DNA from: Octopus vulgaris
Taxonomy: Eukaryota
NCBI GenBank assembly: GCA_951406725.2
Contig: OX597833.1
Location: 53,816,001-53,880,000, forward strand
DNA: 64,000 nucleotides
Direction of reading: 5' to 3'
Translations under genes and position numbers: made by a program
Shown here: positions 50,306 to 64,000 of the stretch, in pieces
Layout of the letters: every line of letters begins with the position of its first letter
Numbering within the stretch: the first letter of the stretch is position 1
The notes under the pieces: generated by a model
What the model was told of the DNA's origin: nothing
The model's input: only the letters and a program-made list of their open reading frames with translations
Database searches by the model: none

Positions 50306-50819
50306 ATGAAAGAAAACACACAAAAAAAAAAAACTCATGACAGGCAATGAAGATGGGTGGGTTTTTTTTTTCCAATGCTATTGTGTATGCCAGATGACAA
50401 AGATTACGAGACCCAGCCAACACATATGTCGGACTGGAAAGTCAAACATAAAATGACGATGATTATGATGATTACCACGGTATTAGATAGAATGTAGTAA
50501 TGTTGATTTTATTAAATCTAATTTGATACCTCATACTTGTACGCTGTAATCCTGCTGGGATTGACTTTGCCTTTTATTGTTCAGGTGTTGGTTAAAACAA
50601 TAAGTCGAGTCAGTCAACAATACCCTTCCAACCAACAACAACAAAAAAGAAAAAGGAAAAAAAAAAGAAATTGGCCTTGTTTCCAGTGAAAAGAAATCAA
50701 TAAAAATGTTATACACACACACACACATTTACATAAATGTTAAGATATTTCTAATGGGAACAAGTTCTACATATTCATTAATTAATTATAGAATAATCGG
50801 TCGGGTGGGTTATGAGTGG

Positions 50820-50998
50820 TTACTCTCTTTACTCTTTTACTTGCTTCAGTCATTTGACTGCGGCCATGCTGGAGCACTGCCTTTAGTCGAGCAAAGCCCA
50901 GTACTTATTCTATCGGTCACTTTTGCCGAATCGCTAAGTGACGGAGACGTAAACACACCAGCATCGGTTGTCAAGCAATGCTAGGGGGACAAACACAG

Positions 50999-51010
<12 letters not shown>
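50820..51010 (-). mobile_element. SINE A1 tail
   Basis: Homology to other copies. Confidence 0.8.
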
Positions 51011-51052
<42 letters not shown>

Positions 51053-51151
51053 CAATGTATATAAAGTATTAGTTCAACCCCAGATAGGAATGCTCAATTC
51101 ACATATGGTTGGAAACAAGAGATTACTGAACTAGTATAAAACGGATATATA

Positions 51152-51590
51152 CATCATCATCATCGACGTCGTTTAACGTCCGCTTTCCATGCTGGCATGG
51201 GTTGGACGGTTTGGCTGAGAACTGGCAAACTGAGGGGCTGCACCCGGCTCCAATCTGATTTGGCAAGGTTTCTTACAGCTGGGTGCCCTTCCTAGTGCCA
51301 ACCACTCCGAGAATGTAGTGGGTGCTTTTACGTGCCACTCAGGTGGCACTGGCATTCGTCATACTCGAATCATGCTTTTTAGGTGTCACTAGTACAGGTA
51401 CCAGTCAGGCGGAACTGGCATCGGCCATGCTCGAATGGTGCTTTTTATGTGCCAGTGAGGTGGCACAAGCATCAGTCACACTCGAATGGTGCTTTTTATG
51501 TGCCAGTGAGGTGGCACAAGCATCAGTCACACTCGAATGGTGCTTTTTACATGTCACTGGCACGGGTCCCAGTTAGGCAGCACTGGCATT
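51152..51590 (-). mobile_element. SINE tail E with 51-bp tandem units
   Basis: ctcgaatggtgctttttatgtgccagtgaggtggcacaagcatcagtcaca at 51430-51480 and 51481-51531. Confidence 0.8.
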
Positions 51591-51591
51591 T

Positions 51592-52170
<579 letters not shown>

Positions 52171-52380
52171 AGTTAATCCAAACAAGTAAGCACAAAAAAA
52201 CACAACAACACGAGGACGTGGAACAAATATAGTATTATTGGATGCTCAGGAAAGAAGGAAAGAAGGAGGGTTTAACGTTTCGAGCGGAGCTCTTTGTCGG
52301 AAACATAGGAGAAAGAAAGATCCAGAGAAGGGAAGACAGAGGGAAAAAAAATCGCCAACGGTACACACAAGGTTACATTT

Positions 52381-52383
<3 letters not shown>
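52171..52383 (-). mobile_element. TA-embedded hammerhead-like element, distant relative of PH1
   Basis: Minus-strand gttt-CCGACAA-A-GAGC-tcc-GCTC-GAA-ACGT-T-aaac at 52304-52270. Confidence 0.65.
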
Positions 52384-52423
<40 letters not shown>

Positions 52424-52891
52424 GGCACATGGCTTAGTGGTTAGGGTGTTGCACTCATGATTGAAAGATCATGGGTTCAATTCCCAGGCTGGGTATTGCA
52501 TTGTGTTCTTGAGCATAGTCATTTAATCTGCAAGAAACAGCAGTACAAACTACCTCAAATGTTGTCCAACTGCCATAGAAAAAAGACACTGGATACTGTT
52601 GTCCAAGGTACACTATGCCCATAAAATAAAGGTGGGGCAGTCAGGGCTAGAATACCTTGTATCATATGTCTACTCAATCAGGGCCAACTTGCAAATTGAA
52701 CAAGATTTCCAAGAACCAATAAAGGAGCCTTTACTGCTTGCCAAAAATAGCAGCCAAATCCCACTCAGCTGTCTTATATGAGGAAAGGACATATTGGACA
52801 ATGCGGTGCTAAAAAGACAAGATGGTTATGGTTGGAATGCATTTGATCAGGGCTGACATAGAGAGCTGGACAGCAGTGTAACACCAGCAAC

Positions 52892-53236
52892 AGGAGGCAC
52901 AATGGACTTGCGGTCGGAGGATCACAGTTTCGATTCCCAGACCGGGCGTTGTGTGTGTGTATTGAGTGAAAACACCTAAAGCTCCATGAGGCTCCAGCAG
53001 GGGCAGGTTGCGACCCCTGTTGTGCTCTTTCGCTCCAACTTTCTCTCACTCTTTCTTCTTGTTTCTTGTACCTGATTTCCTACGCAACCGCTGAGCCTGG
53101 ATGCGCATTCATCCACCCATCGATGCTCTCAGTGTCGAGAGTTGACCTGCTTTCTCTTCTGCGGGTCTTACGAATAGCAAAGCACCACGTTTCAGACTTC
53201 TCCAGAAGACCGCTTCGCTCAACAAACAAACAAACA
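52892..53236 (+). mobile_element. SINE head C plus a third tail ending (AAAC)n
   Basis: C head through ctttctctcactct, then a tail unrelated to T1 or the V-like tail. Confidence 0.75.
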
Positions 53237-54111
53237 CCAGAGACAATACTCACGACACTGTTTGCGAATAAATTAAAAATTTTTCAATGGTGTTTTCCAA
53301 CAAACCAATGGATTATGAGACCACATTTGCCAAGTGTACATAAATTTCAGCTGTCAGTTTTACTCGGCCACTGTCCAAGTGCATCATGAGGTCATCGATG
53401 CAGCAACGCTGCATTCATAACAGTTACTGCATAAAAAGATATTGCAATTCAGCAGCACATCATACTGGCAGACAATCGTAATATCAGATATACTACATAT
53501 ATATCTGTGTATGTGTGTGTGTACTCGCAGTCTAATTATTAACTCTTTTTTTCTTTTACGATTTCCTGTGTTTCAAAAGCAGTTTAATTAATATGCATTA
53601 AAAGCCGACATTGTTGTTTCGTTGCAACAGTTTTTGCTTCATATTGCAAATGAGAAAGGTCACTGAAAAATCCAGCACACATGTCACAACCAGAAACACT
53701 GATATGTAAATATTTGTTTTGTTTTTTTTTTTTTCTTCTTTTTTAAGTTTTTATTATTGATTTCTGGCTCGCTGCTGTTTGAAAATTCTATTTTCTCTCT
53801 ATTGGACGTCCTGCGTCCATTGTTGTCAGTGTCTTTCGGTGTTAAATAGGGCAAAGAGAAAACATATGCTCCTAGTGACAGTTTGCCTCGGGAGAGCAGG
53901 GCAACAACCGGAAAGTGGCAAAGCGCCAGCTTTGTCTGAGGAAATAGGATGAAGTCGGAATTAATTTCTTCATAATCATTCAATTTGTACAGTTCTTTCT
54001 GTTCTGGGAGGTCAAGCATCACACTGTTTCATGTAATCCCTGTGAGATCTTCAGTGTGGGAGCAAAAAGGACCTAATGCATTAGGTGCCTCCCACCTATC
54101 TGTTCCGGTTG

Positions 54112-54752
54112 TTGGACTGTGGCCATGCTGGGGCACAACCTTGAAGGGTTTTAGTTGAGCAAATTGAGCCTAGTACTTAGGTTTATCTGTTTATTTTTGT
54201 TTTGTAAGGCTTGTACTTATTCTATCAATCTCTTTTGCTGAACCGCTATGTTACAGGGATGTAAATGAATCAATACTAGTCGTCAAGCTGTGTAAGTGGT
54301 GGGGAAGTGACAAACGAACACAAAAACACATACCCACATATTATATATGCCAGGCTTCCACACAATGTCCACCTACCAAATTCACTTACAAGATATTGAT
54401 TGGTAAGCTCAGGCTATATTAGAAGACACTTACCCAAGGTGCTGCACAGTAGGCCTGAACTCAAAACCACAAGGTTACAAAACAAGCTTCTTAACCACAT
54501 AACTGTACCTGTGCCAGGATAGGGCGGCGAGCTGGCAGACACATTAGCGTGCCGGGCAAAATGCTTAGCGGTATTTCGTCTGTCGTTACGTTCTGAGTTC
54601 AAATTCCGCCGAGGTTGACTTTGCCTTTCGTCCTTTCGGAGTCGATAAATAAAGTACCAGTTTCGCACTGGGGTCAATGTAATCGACTTAATTCCTTTGT
54701 CTGTCCTTGTTTGTCCCCTCTATGTTTAGCCCCTTGTGGGTAGTAAAGAAAT
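54112..54752. mobile_element. Old SINE A (minus, 54112-54510) plus SINE B1 (plus, 54522-54752) with TSD
   Basis: tacctgtgccagg flanks the B1 copy. Confidence 0.8.
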
Positions 54753-54859
54753 ATATACCTGTGCCAGGTAGCACACACTTTGTCTTTTGTTGTGGCTGTG
54801 TTGTTTTAGCCCCAGTACAACCTTAAATAAGCTGGCCTATGATCAAAGGAAATTCAAAT

Positions 54860-55065
54860 TACTTTACTTTTACTTGTTTCAGTTATTTGACTGCGGCCAT
54901 GCTGGAGCACCGCCTTTAGTCGAGCAAATCGACCCCGGCACTTATTCTTTGTAAGCCCAGTACTTATTCTACCAGTCTCTTTTGCCGAACCGCTAAGTGA
55001 CGGGGACATAAACACACCAGCATCAGTTGTCAAGCAATGCTAGGGGGACAAACACAGACACACAA

Positions 55066-55118
<53 letters not shown>

Positions 55119-55293
55119 CACATATATACGACGGGCTTCTTTCAGTTTCCGTCTACCAAATCCACTCACGAGGCATTGGTCGGCCCGAGGCTATAGCAGA
55201 AGACACTTGTCCAAGATGCCATGCAGTGGGACTGAACCCAGAACCATGTTGTTGGTAAGCAAGCTACTTACCACACAGCCACTCCTGCGCCTA
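54860..55293 (-). mobile_element. SINE A (A1 tail)
   Basis: Near-consensus copy. Confidence 0.9.
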
Positions 55294-56113
55294 TATATTG
55301 TCTTCGATTCAAACATAGTGCATCCACAATTACATTATCGAATGTGCTCTGAGCTTTATCAGAGCAACAAAATATGATTTGCGAGAAATATGGCTACCAT
55401 CGTTAATAGTTTAATAGACCAAGTAGAGATTTCACTTATTGGCTTGATAGGAAATGATTCCCAACAGAAAATTAATCAGAGGTTCAGCAAACCTCATTCT
55501 TTACCCTTGAAATTTTCTGGTACGTTTTATCAATGGCTCCCAGTTTTATGGTAAAAACCATGAACAAAAAATATTTTCATTTAAAAGAAGCGCCCCGAGG
55601 TGTAAATTAATCCAAAATCATAATGAAATACTTGACATTAATAATAATCAAATGGTAGAATGAAAGAGGTGAGAGTGAGTGAGTGAGAGAGAGAAACAGG
55701 TTAACGAGCATTTTAAATGATATACAATGTGCGAAAGTAATTAAAATAAAGAGAACTATGTTGCCGATTGTATGTCTGAAATGAAAAGTATGCATTCTTG
55801 GTTGACAATATCTGAGCAATCACAGCCCTTTCTCTCAGTTTTAATCCACCGACTCTTCTCTTTATGTAGCTTTTCAGGTTAACAAACATTCTACACACAC
55901 AATAGTTTAAGTAAACAACCGTTAACTGTGGTGACTACAAAATGGCAAGAGTTTCAATGTTAGTTCTTTCTGGTAGCTTCTCTGTATACAGTCTAGCAGT
56001 CAGTCAGAATTTAAAAACAAAAAGTTTATCCTCTCTTCTCCTGGCAATTTGATTGTAACCAACTTAATGACTATACAAAATAGTAGTAACTGGTTTCACA
56101 CATTCAATAACTT

Positions 56114-56150
<37 letters not shown>

Positions 56151-56299
56151 TAAGGCACATCTGTACACACACTTCAAGGGACGACAAAACTTTGCTTGAT
56201 TTAAACTGACTTATTTGATACTAAAACAATTTAATTAAGTCAGTTACTCTCAAAGCAAAGGGGCAACAACTGTGATAGTTAATTAACATTTAGATTAAC

Positions 56300-56428
56300 A
56301 TTGCCAGATCAGACTGGGCCTGGTGCAGCCTTCGGGATTCCCAGACCCCACTTGAACCGTCCAACCCATGCTAGCATGGAAAGCAGACGCTAAACGATGA
56401 TGATGATGACGATGATGATGATGATGAT
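56300..56428 (+). mobile_element. SINE tail E fragment with TSD-like gattaac flanks
   Basis: Homology to other copies. Confidence 0.75.
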
Positions 56429-56917
56429 TAACTACAAAATAAGAAAAGAGGGTTCATGCCCACGTACATTTTAGCTAAGTCCTAGCCAACCACCACAAGC
56501 TAAAAGATCTAATCTTTGGTATGCAAAGTGTCAGTTCTGGACAACAGTCCAGTCTATTAACATAGAATGATATTCAGAATTGATGCAGATCACATAAAGA
56601 TTTTATATGTGCTGATCCCATGGGACAAGTCATGATTTCCAGTGTATATGGCAATTGAGGTTGCATTTGGCTAAAAGTACATAATTTTAAATGCCTGTGA
56701 CTTTCTTACTATTAATATCCAGTAAAGAATGAATGCAGTTTTCGTCATCAGCAAGCAAAACTACATCTGAACTACATTTTTTAAAAAAATAATCTAGTGA
56801 AAAATTTGGAAAACTTCAAGTGGTTGAAAGAAATTTAAGAAGCTCCCAAATTTGGAAATATTTTAGGCTATTAATATAAGAATATGTTCAGAATTATCAA
56901 AAATTAAATTAATTTAA

Positions 56918-57460
56918 TATTCTTTTCTATTCTAGGCACAAGGCCTGAAATTTTTGGGGGAGGTTGGGGCCAGTAGATTAGATCGACCCCAGTACACATC
57001 ATCATCATCATCATTTAGCGTCCGCTTTCCATGCTAGCATGGGCTGGACGGTTCAACTGGGGTCTGGGAAGCCAGAAGGCTGCACCAGGCCCAGTCTGAT
57101 CTGGCAATGTTTCTACGGCTGGATGCCCTTCCTAACGCCAACCACTCCATGAGTGTAGTGGGTGCTTCTTACTAGTACACATCATCATCATCATCATCAT
57201 TTAGCGTCCGCTTTCCATGCTAGCATGGGTTGGACGGTTCAACTGGGGTCTGGGAAGCCAGAAGGCTGCACCAGGCCCAGTCTGATTTGGCAATGTTTCT
57301 ACGGCTGGATGCCCTTCCTAATGCCAACCACTCCGTGAGTGTAGTGGGTGCCTTTTAGGTGCCAAGACGGGGCTGGCAAATTGGTATTTAATTTATCGAC
57401 CCCGAAATGATGAAAAGCAAAGTCGACCTCAGCAGAATTTAGACTGAGATCGTAAAGACA
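56918..57460 (-). mobile_element. SINE B2 interrupted by a tandemly duplicated E tail (56991-57352)
   Basis: agtacacatcatc...gtagtgggtgc occurs twice head-to-tail. Confidence 0.75.
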
Positions 57461-57871
57461 GACGTCCGCTTTCCATGCTGGCATGGGTTGGACGGTCTGA
57501 CACAGAACTGACTAGCAGGGAGCTGTCCAGGCTCCAGCTGTCCGTTGAGGTGTGGTTTGGATGTCCTTCCTAACGTTAACCACTCAACATAGTGAACTTG
57601 AGTTATTGTTTTCTACCTTCACTGCATAATCAAAATGCATAATTAAAATCTTAACTGATTAAAATTTTGGAGTTGCTGTCCCTTTGTCTTGATTAGATTT
57701 TATTAGTCATTTAACCCTCCACGTTTCTTCTTCCTAATATGTAAGCATCTAAAGAGACCAGTTTTAATTTACAGAGAATTGAAATATACATGGGTACAGT
57801 GCTTCTGCGTAGTATAATTGAGATCATGCTGCCAAGGAATCCTTTTTTTTTTTTATTAGCTTATATATATA

Positions 57872-58247
57872 TCATCATCATCATCGTTTAACGTCCGTTT
57901 TCTATGCTAGCATGGGTTGGACGGTTCAACTGGGGTCTGTGAGTGTAGTGGGTGCTTTTTACATGCCACCTGCACAGGTGCCAGACGAGGCTGGCAAACG
58001 GCCACGATCGGATGGTGCTTTTTACGTGCCACCGGCACGGGGGCCAGACGAGGCTGGCAAATATATATATATATATATATATACAACAGGCTTCTTTCAG
58101 CTTCTGTCTACCAAATCCACTCACAAGGCTTTGATCGACCTGAGGCTATAGTAGAAGACACTTGCCCAAGGTACCACACAGTGGGATTGAACCCAGAACC
58201 ATGTGGTTGGGAAGCAAGCTTCTTACAACACAGCCACTCCTGTGCCT
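57872..58247 (-). mobile_element. SINE head A + (TA)n + tail E
   Basis: Same architecture as 49855-50305. Confidence 0.8.
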
Positions 58248-58639
58248 AGTCGATTATATTGACTTCAGTACTTTGTCCTGCACTAATTTAATCAATCCCA
58301 GTTTATCAAATGGCTAAGTCCTTGATATAACTTACATAGAATAAATAGTACAAGAATATTTGTAGATAGATACACAGAGCAGTGTGCTTTGAAATTTGGT
58401 CAAAGCAATCCATACTTGGTCAATGGGGCAAAAACACACTTTTCTTTCTGGACACTAGTTATTAAACACAGTTAACGACAGAAGTTTTTAGTTTACAGAG
58501 ACCAGGCATCACAACTTCACAGGAATAAAAAAAAAATTTTTTTTTAATGTGTCAGAGCTTGGAACACACAGATACAAATGGAAATACTATCTTACTGATA
58601 GAAGTTTTATTATATTGCCACACCAAGTTCAACTCCTAT

Positions 58640-59038
58640 ACTCTTTTACTTGTTTCAGTCATTTGACTGCGGCCATGCTGGAGCACCGCCTTTAATCGAG
58701 CAACTTGACTCCGGGACTTATTCTTTTGTAAGCCCAGTACTTATTCCATCGGTCTGTTTTGCCAAACCGCTAAGTAACGGGGACATAAACACACCAGCAT
58801 CGGTTGTCAAGCAAGGCTAGGGGGACAAACAGACACACAAACACACACACGCATATATATATATAGATATATACGATGGGCTTCTTTCAGTTTCCGTCTA
58901 CCAAATCCACTCACAAGACTTTGGTCGGCCCGAGGCTACAGTAGAAGACACTTGCCCAAGATGCCATGCAGTGGGATTGAACCCGGAACCATGTGGTTGG
59001 TAAACAAGCTACTTACCACACGGCCACTCCTGCGCCTA
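58640..59038 (-). mobile_element. SINE A (A1 tail)
   Basis: Near-consensus copy. Confidence 0.9.
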
Positions 59039-59377
59039 TGAGTATAACTTGAGGAAAGGTAGGCTCCGCCAGGCAAACCTGTTTTCAGTACATTACATAA
59101 AGACAGAAGTATTCTGCAATGCCCAGTATCTCAGTTTTATGAGAATCATCATGATCATCATCTACTGTAAAGTACCACCCTATATTAGCTTGATATATTT
59201 ACAGCTATTTCACACTTCTCATTCTTTGAATTCCTTTGCCTGTGATGAGTGTATTGGTGATTAAGGAATTAAAAACATTTCTGTTCCTTTTTAAATGTAT
59301 GTTGTTGATCACTTACAGTAAAAGCCGTACATGACAAAGTAATGAAAAATTATAACAAAAACTGGATCAAAAATTAT

Positions 59378-59790
59378 GGTACGGGTGTGGCTGTGTGGTA
59401 AGAAGTTTGCTTCACAACCGCATGGTTCTGAGTTCAGTCCCACTGCGTGGCACCTTGGGCAAGTGTCTTCTACTAAGGCGGTGAGCTGGCAGAAACGTTA
59501 ACACACCAGGCAAAATGCTTAGCGATCTTTCGTCTGCTGTTATGTTCTGAGTTCAAATTCCGCCAAGGTCGACTTTGCCTTTCATCCTTTTGGGGTCGAT
59601 AAATTAAATACCAGTCGTGCACTGGGGTTGATGTAATCGACTTCATCCCTTTGTCTGTTCCCTCTATGTTTAGCCCCTTGTGGGCAATAAAGAAATAAGT
59701 GTCATCTACTATAGCCTCGGGCCGACCAAAGCCTTGTGAGTGGATTTAGTAGACGGAAACTGTAAGAAGCTTGTCATGTGTGTATGTCTG
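59378..59790 (+). mobile_element. SINE A head with SINE B1 (59476-59696) nested, 15-bp TSD
   Basis: aagtgtcttctacta at 59461-59475 and aagtgtcatctacta at 59697-59711. Confidence 0.85.
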
Positions 59791-59984
59791 TGTGTGCCCA
59801 AGGTGCCACGCAGTGGGACTGAACCCGGAGCCATGTTTCTATCATTTATTTTTAGAATGACATTGTAGGATAAGTGCAAGAGGTTGGACCTGGCCGGTTT
59901 GACCACCAAGCAGATAGAATATTCAGGCCGGATATGGCCAGTCTGAAGACTAAATGGTTAAACAGTAAATCACAGTTAATGTTC

Positions 59985-60401
59985 GGATCTTTTCTAGCGG
60001 TGTCATATGAAATTGTCACCCATAATTATGACCCTAGTATCGATCTATTGCATTTCAATCTATTTTAGGGTTAGGGTTGGTTAGGGTTAGGGGTGGGGGG
60101 AAGGGTATCTTTTTTTCTTCACAAATGTAAATAAACCCAATCTGTTTCTTAAACGAGGGACATATTCATATGGCACAGAATGTTGTTTTTTTTTTTTACC
60201 TCAATAGACGTCATTGATTGGTTGAAATTGCAGAAATTGAAGAAAAAACAACAACAAATATCTTACAAACGATAGCATTTTCTCAATAAAGCCAAGAGAA
60301 AAAGATGTTTTATAAACACATTCTACCAGTATACGAAGTTTAAAATTTTTTAGTTACGTGGAAATTATTTTAAAAAACTGCCGTTCAAACCGAAAAGATC
60401 C
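59985..60401. mobile_element. Second copy (inverted) of the Merlin-like MITE with TTAGGG repeats; left TIR internally deleted
   Basis: Reverse complement of 742-1166. Confidence 0.8.
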
Positions 60402-60670
60402 CGAAACAGTAAGTAATAGAATCAGAGATATCTGAAGACACCGAAATGGCAATATATTTAAGTACACACAGGAATGACGGGCATAAAAATATCCAAACTA
60501 CTCGGTGAATGATTGTATAGGCAGGAGGGAGAATCAAGAAGTCGGGGGGGGGGGGAATAGAGGGGGGGAAATCGAATGTAAAAGAATGGAACATTCTTAC
60601 ATTTGTTGTTTTTGAAGGCTGTTGGCTCACTGCCACCAAGTCTGGAGGACAGTGAGTAAACATTTTCTAT

Positions 60671-60705
<35 letters not shown>

Positions 60706-60816
60706 GTAGTGAAGGTGGAAAAATTGCTCTTGTGGTGAAGGTAAGCAAGACAAAAGGATGTACACAAGTGTTTGTGTCAGTACTATGAGATAAATACAAC
60801 CGCAGTGAGCCACCAA

Positions 60817-60817
60817 T

Positions 60818-60850
<33 letters not shown>

Positions 60851-60994
60851 CATGCACACACACACAAACACACACATAAATATATATATACATGCACACA
60901 CACATACACATATACATACATGCACACACACACACATATACATACATGCACACACACACACATATATACATGCACACACAGACACACACATACA

Positions 60995-61070
<76 letters not shown>
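60817..61070. repeat. Compound CA/TA microsatellite
   Basis: Read directly from the sequence. Confidence 0.9.
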
Positions 61071-61074
<4 letters not shown>

Positions 61075-62172
61075 CTGCTCACTTAGCCAGCGGGGTGGCG
61101 TCATTTGAAGGCTAAAACAATGCGAAGCACATTGTGACCAGCGATGTATAGCAACATCTGAAAGCCTGGTCGGTCACATGATCACGTGATATATATATAT
61201 ATATATATATACATATACACACATACATATATAAATATATGATGATGATGATGATATATATATATATATATATATAAATCTGGTGCAGCCTTCCAGTGTG
61301 CCAGCCCAGTCAAACCGTCCAACCCATGGCAGCATGGACAACAGATGTTAAATGATGATGATGATATATATATATATATATACACACACACACGATATGT
61401 ATGTTTGTTTATTTACTTTATACTGTCCGTATATAAAAAACAAGTAAGCCAGCCCATAAGACACACCCACCCAAAACAAGTTTAAATTACCCGTATACAA
61501 CAGCAGCCGATTCGTATACATACAATGTATGTAGGAAGCTTTTTGAAGATTATCCGTAGTAGCAGCAAGCAAGCCTTGCTACTACTCTTGAGAAAAAAAC
61601 AAAACAAAAGAAAAACAAATTCACCAGTTGAGACCTTGAACTAGTAAGTAACATGATAGTCAAGAGTTTAGATAGAATCTATCATGTTTAATCCGCTCTT
61701 TCTATACAGTATTCATAACATATTTTTCTTTTCAAAAGAACAAAGTATGGTTTTTGTCTCTTTGACTAAATCGACCGTATGAAGAAAGCATGAACTCTCT
61801 TGGGCTTGAATCAAACTATTTGGTTCACTGATTTAGTATCTGGTTTTAACTGGTAAAGCAAGCAAGCCAAATAAACAACAGACAAGTAGATAAAAATATC
61901 ATCTGTTTCTGAGAAAAAGAAATCAACTGTTGCAGGGTTAAATAAACTACGTGGAAAATGGCAAGTACTTATTCTATCAGTCTTTCACAAGCAACAATTG
62001 TCTGAAAGTTGGACAGGGACTTAACTCTGGTTTCTATTGTGTTCTGGAGAAGGAAGCTCACCTTTTGAACGGGGCATCATCGGGTTTAGTGCAGGTAACC
62101 TTCTTCCCCAGTACCCAAGGAAACCTAATTTTTTTAATGGTTTTTTAGGGCAGCCGTTCATCCTCTCTCTCT

Positions 62173-62645
<473 letters not shown>

Positions 62646-62738
62646 GATTTAATTCCTATTTCTTAACCCTGTCTTTTGTAATTCTCAACAAAAGTGGTTG
62701 CTCAAGGCCTGTTTTCCCCCTACTTAGTTATGGGTGAC

Positions 62739-62773
<35 letters not shown>

Positions 62774-63047
62774 AAGTACAAAAACCCCATTGTATTCCAC
62801 ATGAATATACATTCCTGCCTAGTCCAGACACACAAGTAAGGAATGAACTCCTGACCTGACCCATTACCTGGTTGCCTGATACTTTAACCACAGACCCAAA
62901 TACATTCATATGCTTTTATGTTTAAAGCCTTGAGGCTGTGGCCATGCTGGGGCACCACCACCAGTGGATATTCTTATATTCTTTTATATTTAAAAATCCT
63001 ATTTCTTTTATATTTATCCTGGGCATTCTTTTACCCAAAGAATGTAG

Positions 63048-63098
<51 letters not shown>

Positions 63099-63170
63099 TA
63101 GTTAATAAATTGTATAGTAGACCAGGCAGTTTACCTGTAATGCATATTCACTTTCTCTGTGTTCATTGGG

Positions 63171-63234
63171 TATTTGATTAATGAGAGAGACATTCTCGTA
63201 TCTTCCATCTTCTGTCTCTCTCATTAATCAAATA
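63171..63234. repeat. Perfect 22-bp inverted repeat with 20-nt loop next to (TA)n
   Basis: tatttgattaatgagagagaca / tgtctctctcattaatcaaata. Confidence 0.8.
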
Positions 63235-63238
63235 TACA

Positions 63239-63292
<54 letters not shown>

Positions 63293-63458
63293 TTAATAAA
63301 TAAAAAATATGCATATATATATATACATATATGTACGTACCTACCTCTACATGTATATATACACGCATATATGAGTACAGGACACCAAAAAAACGTCGAA
63401 CACAATGAGAAACGAAAACATAGACACAAACCCAAGGAACTGGACATTTTTCTTTGGC

Positions 63459-63612
63459 ATGGAGTGGTTGGCGTTAGGAAGGGCATCCAGCTGTAGAAAC
63501 ATTTGCCAGATCAGACTGGAGCCTGGTGCAGCCTCCTGGCTTCCCAGACCCCAGTCGAACCGTCCAACCCATGCTAGCATGGAAAACAGACGTTAAACGA
63601 TGATGATGATGA
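63459..63612 (+). mobile_element. SINE tail E
   Basis: Homology to other copies. Confidence 0.85.
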
Positions 63613-63659
63613 TATATATATATATATATATCATTATCATCATCATCGTTTAACGTCTG

Positions 63660-63711
<52 letters not shown>

Positions 63712-64000
63712 CTTCATATGTAGCTGTGGTGGTGAATAAATATTTGAACTTAGCAGTCGTTGACAAAGTGAGTGCAGTGTCATACCCGTGTTATATAGAT
63801 CTGGTCTGAAATTTGAAAAAAGAAAAATGCTATATATATATGTATTTTAAGTAAATGTATGTGAACAGGAATAAAAAGATAACCAGGTCAAGCAGACATT
63901 TTTTTTCTTCTAGTTTTCTTTTTTGGTTTTTTGGTTTTTTGAATGACAACCAAAGTCCAAAGTGGGGAGGGATAAAATGCAAAGAGGGATAGGGTAGTGG

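Noticed and set aside
51430-51560. CRISPR-like repeat array
   Set aside because: Whole units are duplicated without unique spacers, there are no cas genes, and the context is a eukaryotic SINE.
53684-54022. 112-aa minus-strand ORF in unique sequence
   Set aside because: No recognisable domain or convincing splice sites; the C-terminal part comes from a poly-A/T tract.
54020-54058. Minus-strand CTGAAGA...GAAAC
   Set aside because: No NUH triplet and stem II is not adjacent to GAAA; not a hammerhead. Similar isolated CTGANGA hits near 2310, 6484, 13797, 33202 and 60432 were rejected for lack of stems.

Overview
AT-rich, repeat-saturated eukaryotic DNA. The tRNA-derived SINE families and extreme (TA)n/(AAT)n/(ATCT)n density suggest a coleoid cephalopod, probably Octopus (inference from repeat content only). 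I cannot support any host protein-coding gene. Nearly all ORF-track entries are microsatellite or SINE artefacts; the only recognisable coding pieces are two 5'-truncated CR1-like LINE ORF2 remnants and a mariner-like transposase C-terminus. The window contains four SINE heads (my labels A-D) joined to interchangeable tails, plus piggyBac-, Tc1/mariner- and Merlin-like MITEs. The most interesting signal is a dispersed set of short (about 100-330 bp) non-coding elements carrying minimal type-I hammerhead-ribozyme-like motifs: about a dozen motifs in several sequence families. They are often embedded in TA microsatellites or carry an inverted 5' copy, as Penelope-like elements do. They include a G3-C8 compensatory core swap (17.4 kb), a fixed A6U family with variable N7 (three copies), a perfect 333-bp palindrome with a motif on each strand, and a back-to-back two-strand motif pair. 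All folds were read by eye and none has been tested for activity.
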